Source: Ranitomeya imitator (taxonomy: Eukaryota). Taken from it: DNA of 64,000 nucleotides. Below the pieces are notes generated by a model. That model did no database searches. It saw only the letters and a list, made by a program, of their open reading frames with translations, and was not told the origin of the DNA. The stretch lies in contig NC_091282.1 of assembly GCF_032444005.1 (NCBI RefSeq), forward strand, positions 364,126,001 through 364,190,000, read 5' to 3'. Shown piece after piece: positions 62,749 to 64,000 of this stretch. Position 1 is the first letter of the stretch; every line of letters begins with the position of its first letter. A program made the translations under genes and the position numbers.

Positions 62749-63188
62749 AGCACCACTCCAGTGTTTTTGCATTATTATTTTGCCATTGGAGTAGTACCAC
62801 TAATGTCAGTTCCCTGCTGTTAGTAAAATACTTACCAGCGGCTATCTTCTGCTGTTCTCAGTGCCGCTCCTCTTGTCTTCTGCTTGTTGGGACCTGCCGG
62901 CTTGCTCCAGTGTTGGCTGGACAGAGCGGAAGTCACATCTCAGTGCAAGTCAGTGCAAGTCTAAAAAAGCCAAAAGGCCAGAATGACGCTCTCGTAGACT
63001 CACATTGAGAACTTGTGAAATTGAAAGCTTGTAATACAGAGCTGATTTCCAGTCAGTTAGAAGCTGCTGGAACAAGACAGCGGAACAGGATAGGATATAT
63101 TGTTGAGAAGAACAGAAGATAACAACTGGGAACTGACATTAGTGATACTACTCTGGTGGTTAAATAAAAAAAATGCTGGATTGATGCT
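62749..63188. mobile_element. T2/Kolobok-type MITE, about 440 bp
   Basis: CTAA|AGCACCACTCCAG ... CTGGATTGATGCT|TTAA. The internal inverted pair CACTAATGTCAGTTCCC / GGGAACTGACATTAGTG and further imperfect mirror blocks are present. Confidence 0.72.
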
Positions 63189-63759
63189 TTAAATGTATAG
63201 ATGGGGATTTATTTAATGTTAGATATAACTATCTTATTAAATTTAGATAGAATAGTGCAAACAAAACACAGGGTAGAAATTACTTAAATAAATATGCTTA
63301 AATATGATGCTTTCCTTTTATAATGTTTACTATGGGTCAACAGTTTGTCCATCAGATTGTGGCTTCTCTCTATTCTTTACCTGTTCTGATCCATGTAACT
63401 GTGAACAATTCTGCTTGTATCAAAAATCAGCATGGCAGACATTCACCCTCATCTTCCTAAGTGATATCACAATAGGAGCATTTGGTAGCTTTATTAGAAC
63501 GATAAGTCCATTGGGAAAGTATTTTCTGGGAATGAATTCAAATAATTCCTACTGATTATTGTTGATAACAATTCCCTGGATTCTTGTTAGTTGTATTGCT
63601 CTTGGGAAGCTTACAGTTTAGTTCTTAAATCTTAATTAAAAGTTTGGATTAATGTTTAATACTTCTGTTAAGTGTTTTTAGGACAAAAGTTCAATCAACT
63701 TGATTTGCACTTCGTCACATATACTTTGCATAAGAAATATTTCATACAAATTAAAAATT

Positions 63760-64000
63760 AATTGGCAGGAGTGCCCTGCCATTTTCATACGCATCAGGGG
63801 TAAAGCCAACCACTAAGGGCTGATGTTAATATTCTGAGAAGCACACAATAGCCATAAAGGTTCCTAGGCTATTAACAGCTGTTGCTTAGCCTTTACTGGT
63901 TATTATAGGGGAGACCTCCAAAAATAGCATGGGGTCCCCCCTATATTCAATAACCAGCAAAAGCTATGCAGACAACTGCGGGCTGGTATTAATAGATTAG
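63760..64000. repeat. Probable interspersed repeat fragment running off the window end
   Basis: Abrupt GC rise with internally repeated motifs (GGGCTGATGTTAATA / GGGCTGGTATTAATA; CCTTTACTGGTTATT / AATAACCAGCAAAAG). Family not identified. Confidence 0.35.

Overview
Eukaryotic, vertebrate genomic DNA, almost certainly an anuran amphibian. The assignment is inferred from the mix of repeat families (frog-type hAT, T2/Kolobok MITE, Penelope, CR1) plus a class II olfactory receptor. About 1-4.5 kb holds a solo LTR and a deleted Gypsy pol remnant. About 4.5-32.9 kb is a nested stack of large hAT DNA transposons from at least three families, all with transposases on the minus strand and internal 107-139 bp satellite arrays. 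A Ngaro/DIRS RT fragment, a Penelope element with a hammerhead ribozyme motif and a second solo LTR are inserted into this stack. 31758-62250 is a four-copy head-to-tail amplification of a 7.55-7.65 kb cassette. Each copy carries an intact family-4-like olfactory receptor gene plus TE debris. The left breakpoint lies inside a hAT end, so OR copies 1-3 now sit about 1.25 kb downstream of a copy of the transposase promoter, in the sense orientation. 62251-64000 is native flank with a MITE. No host gene other than the ORs is supported, and there are no rRNA, tRNA or CRISPR features. All alignments were done by eye.
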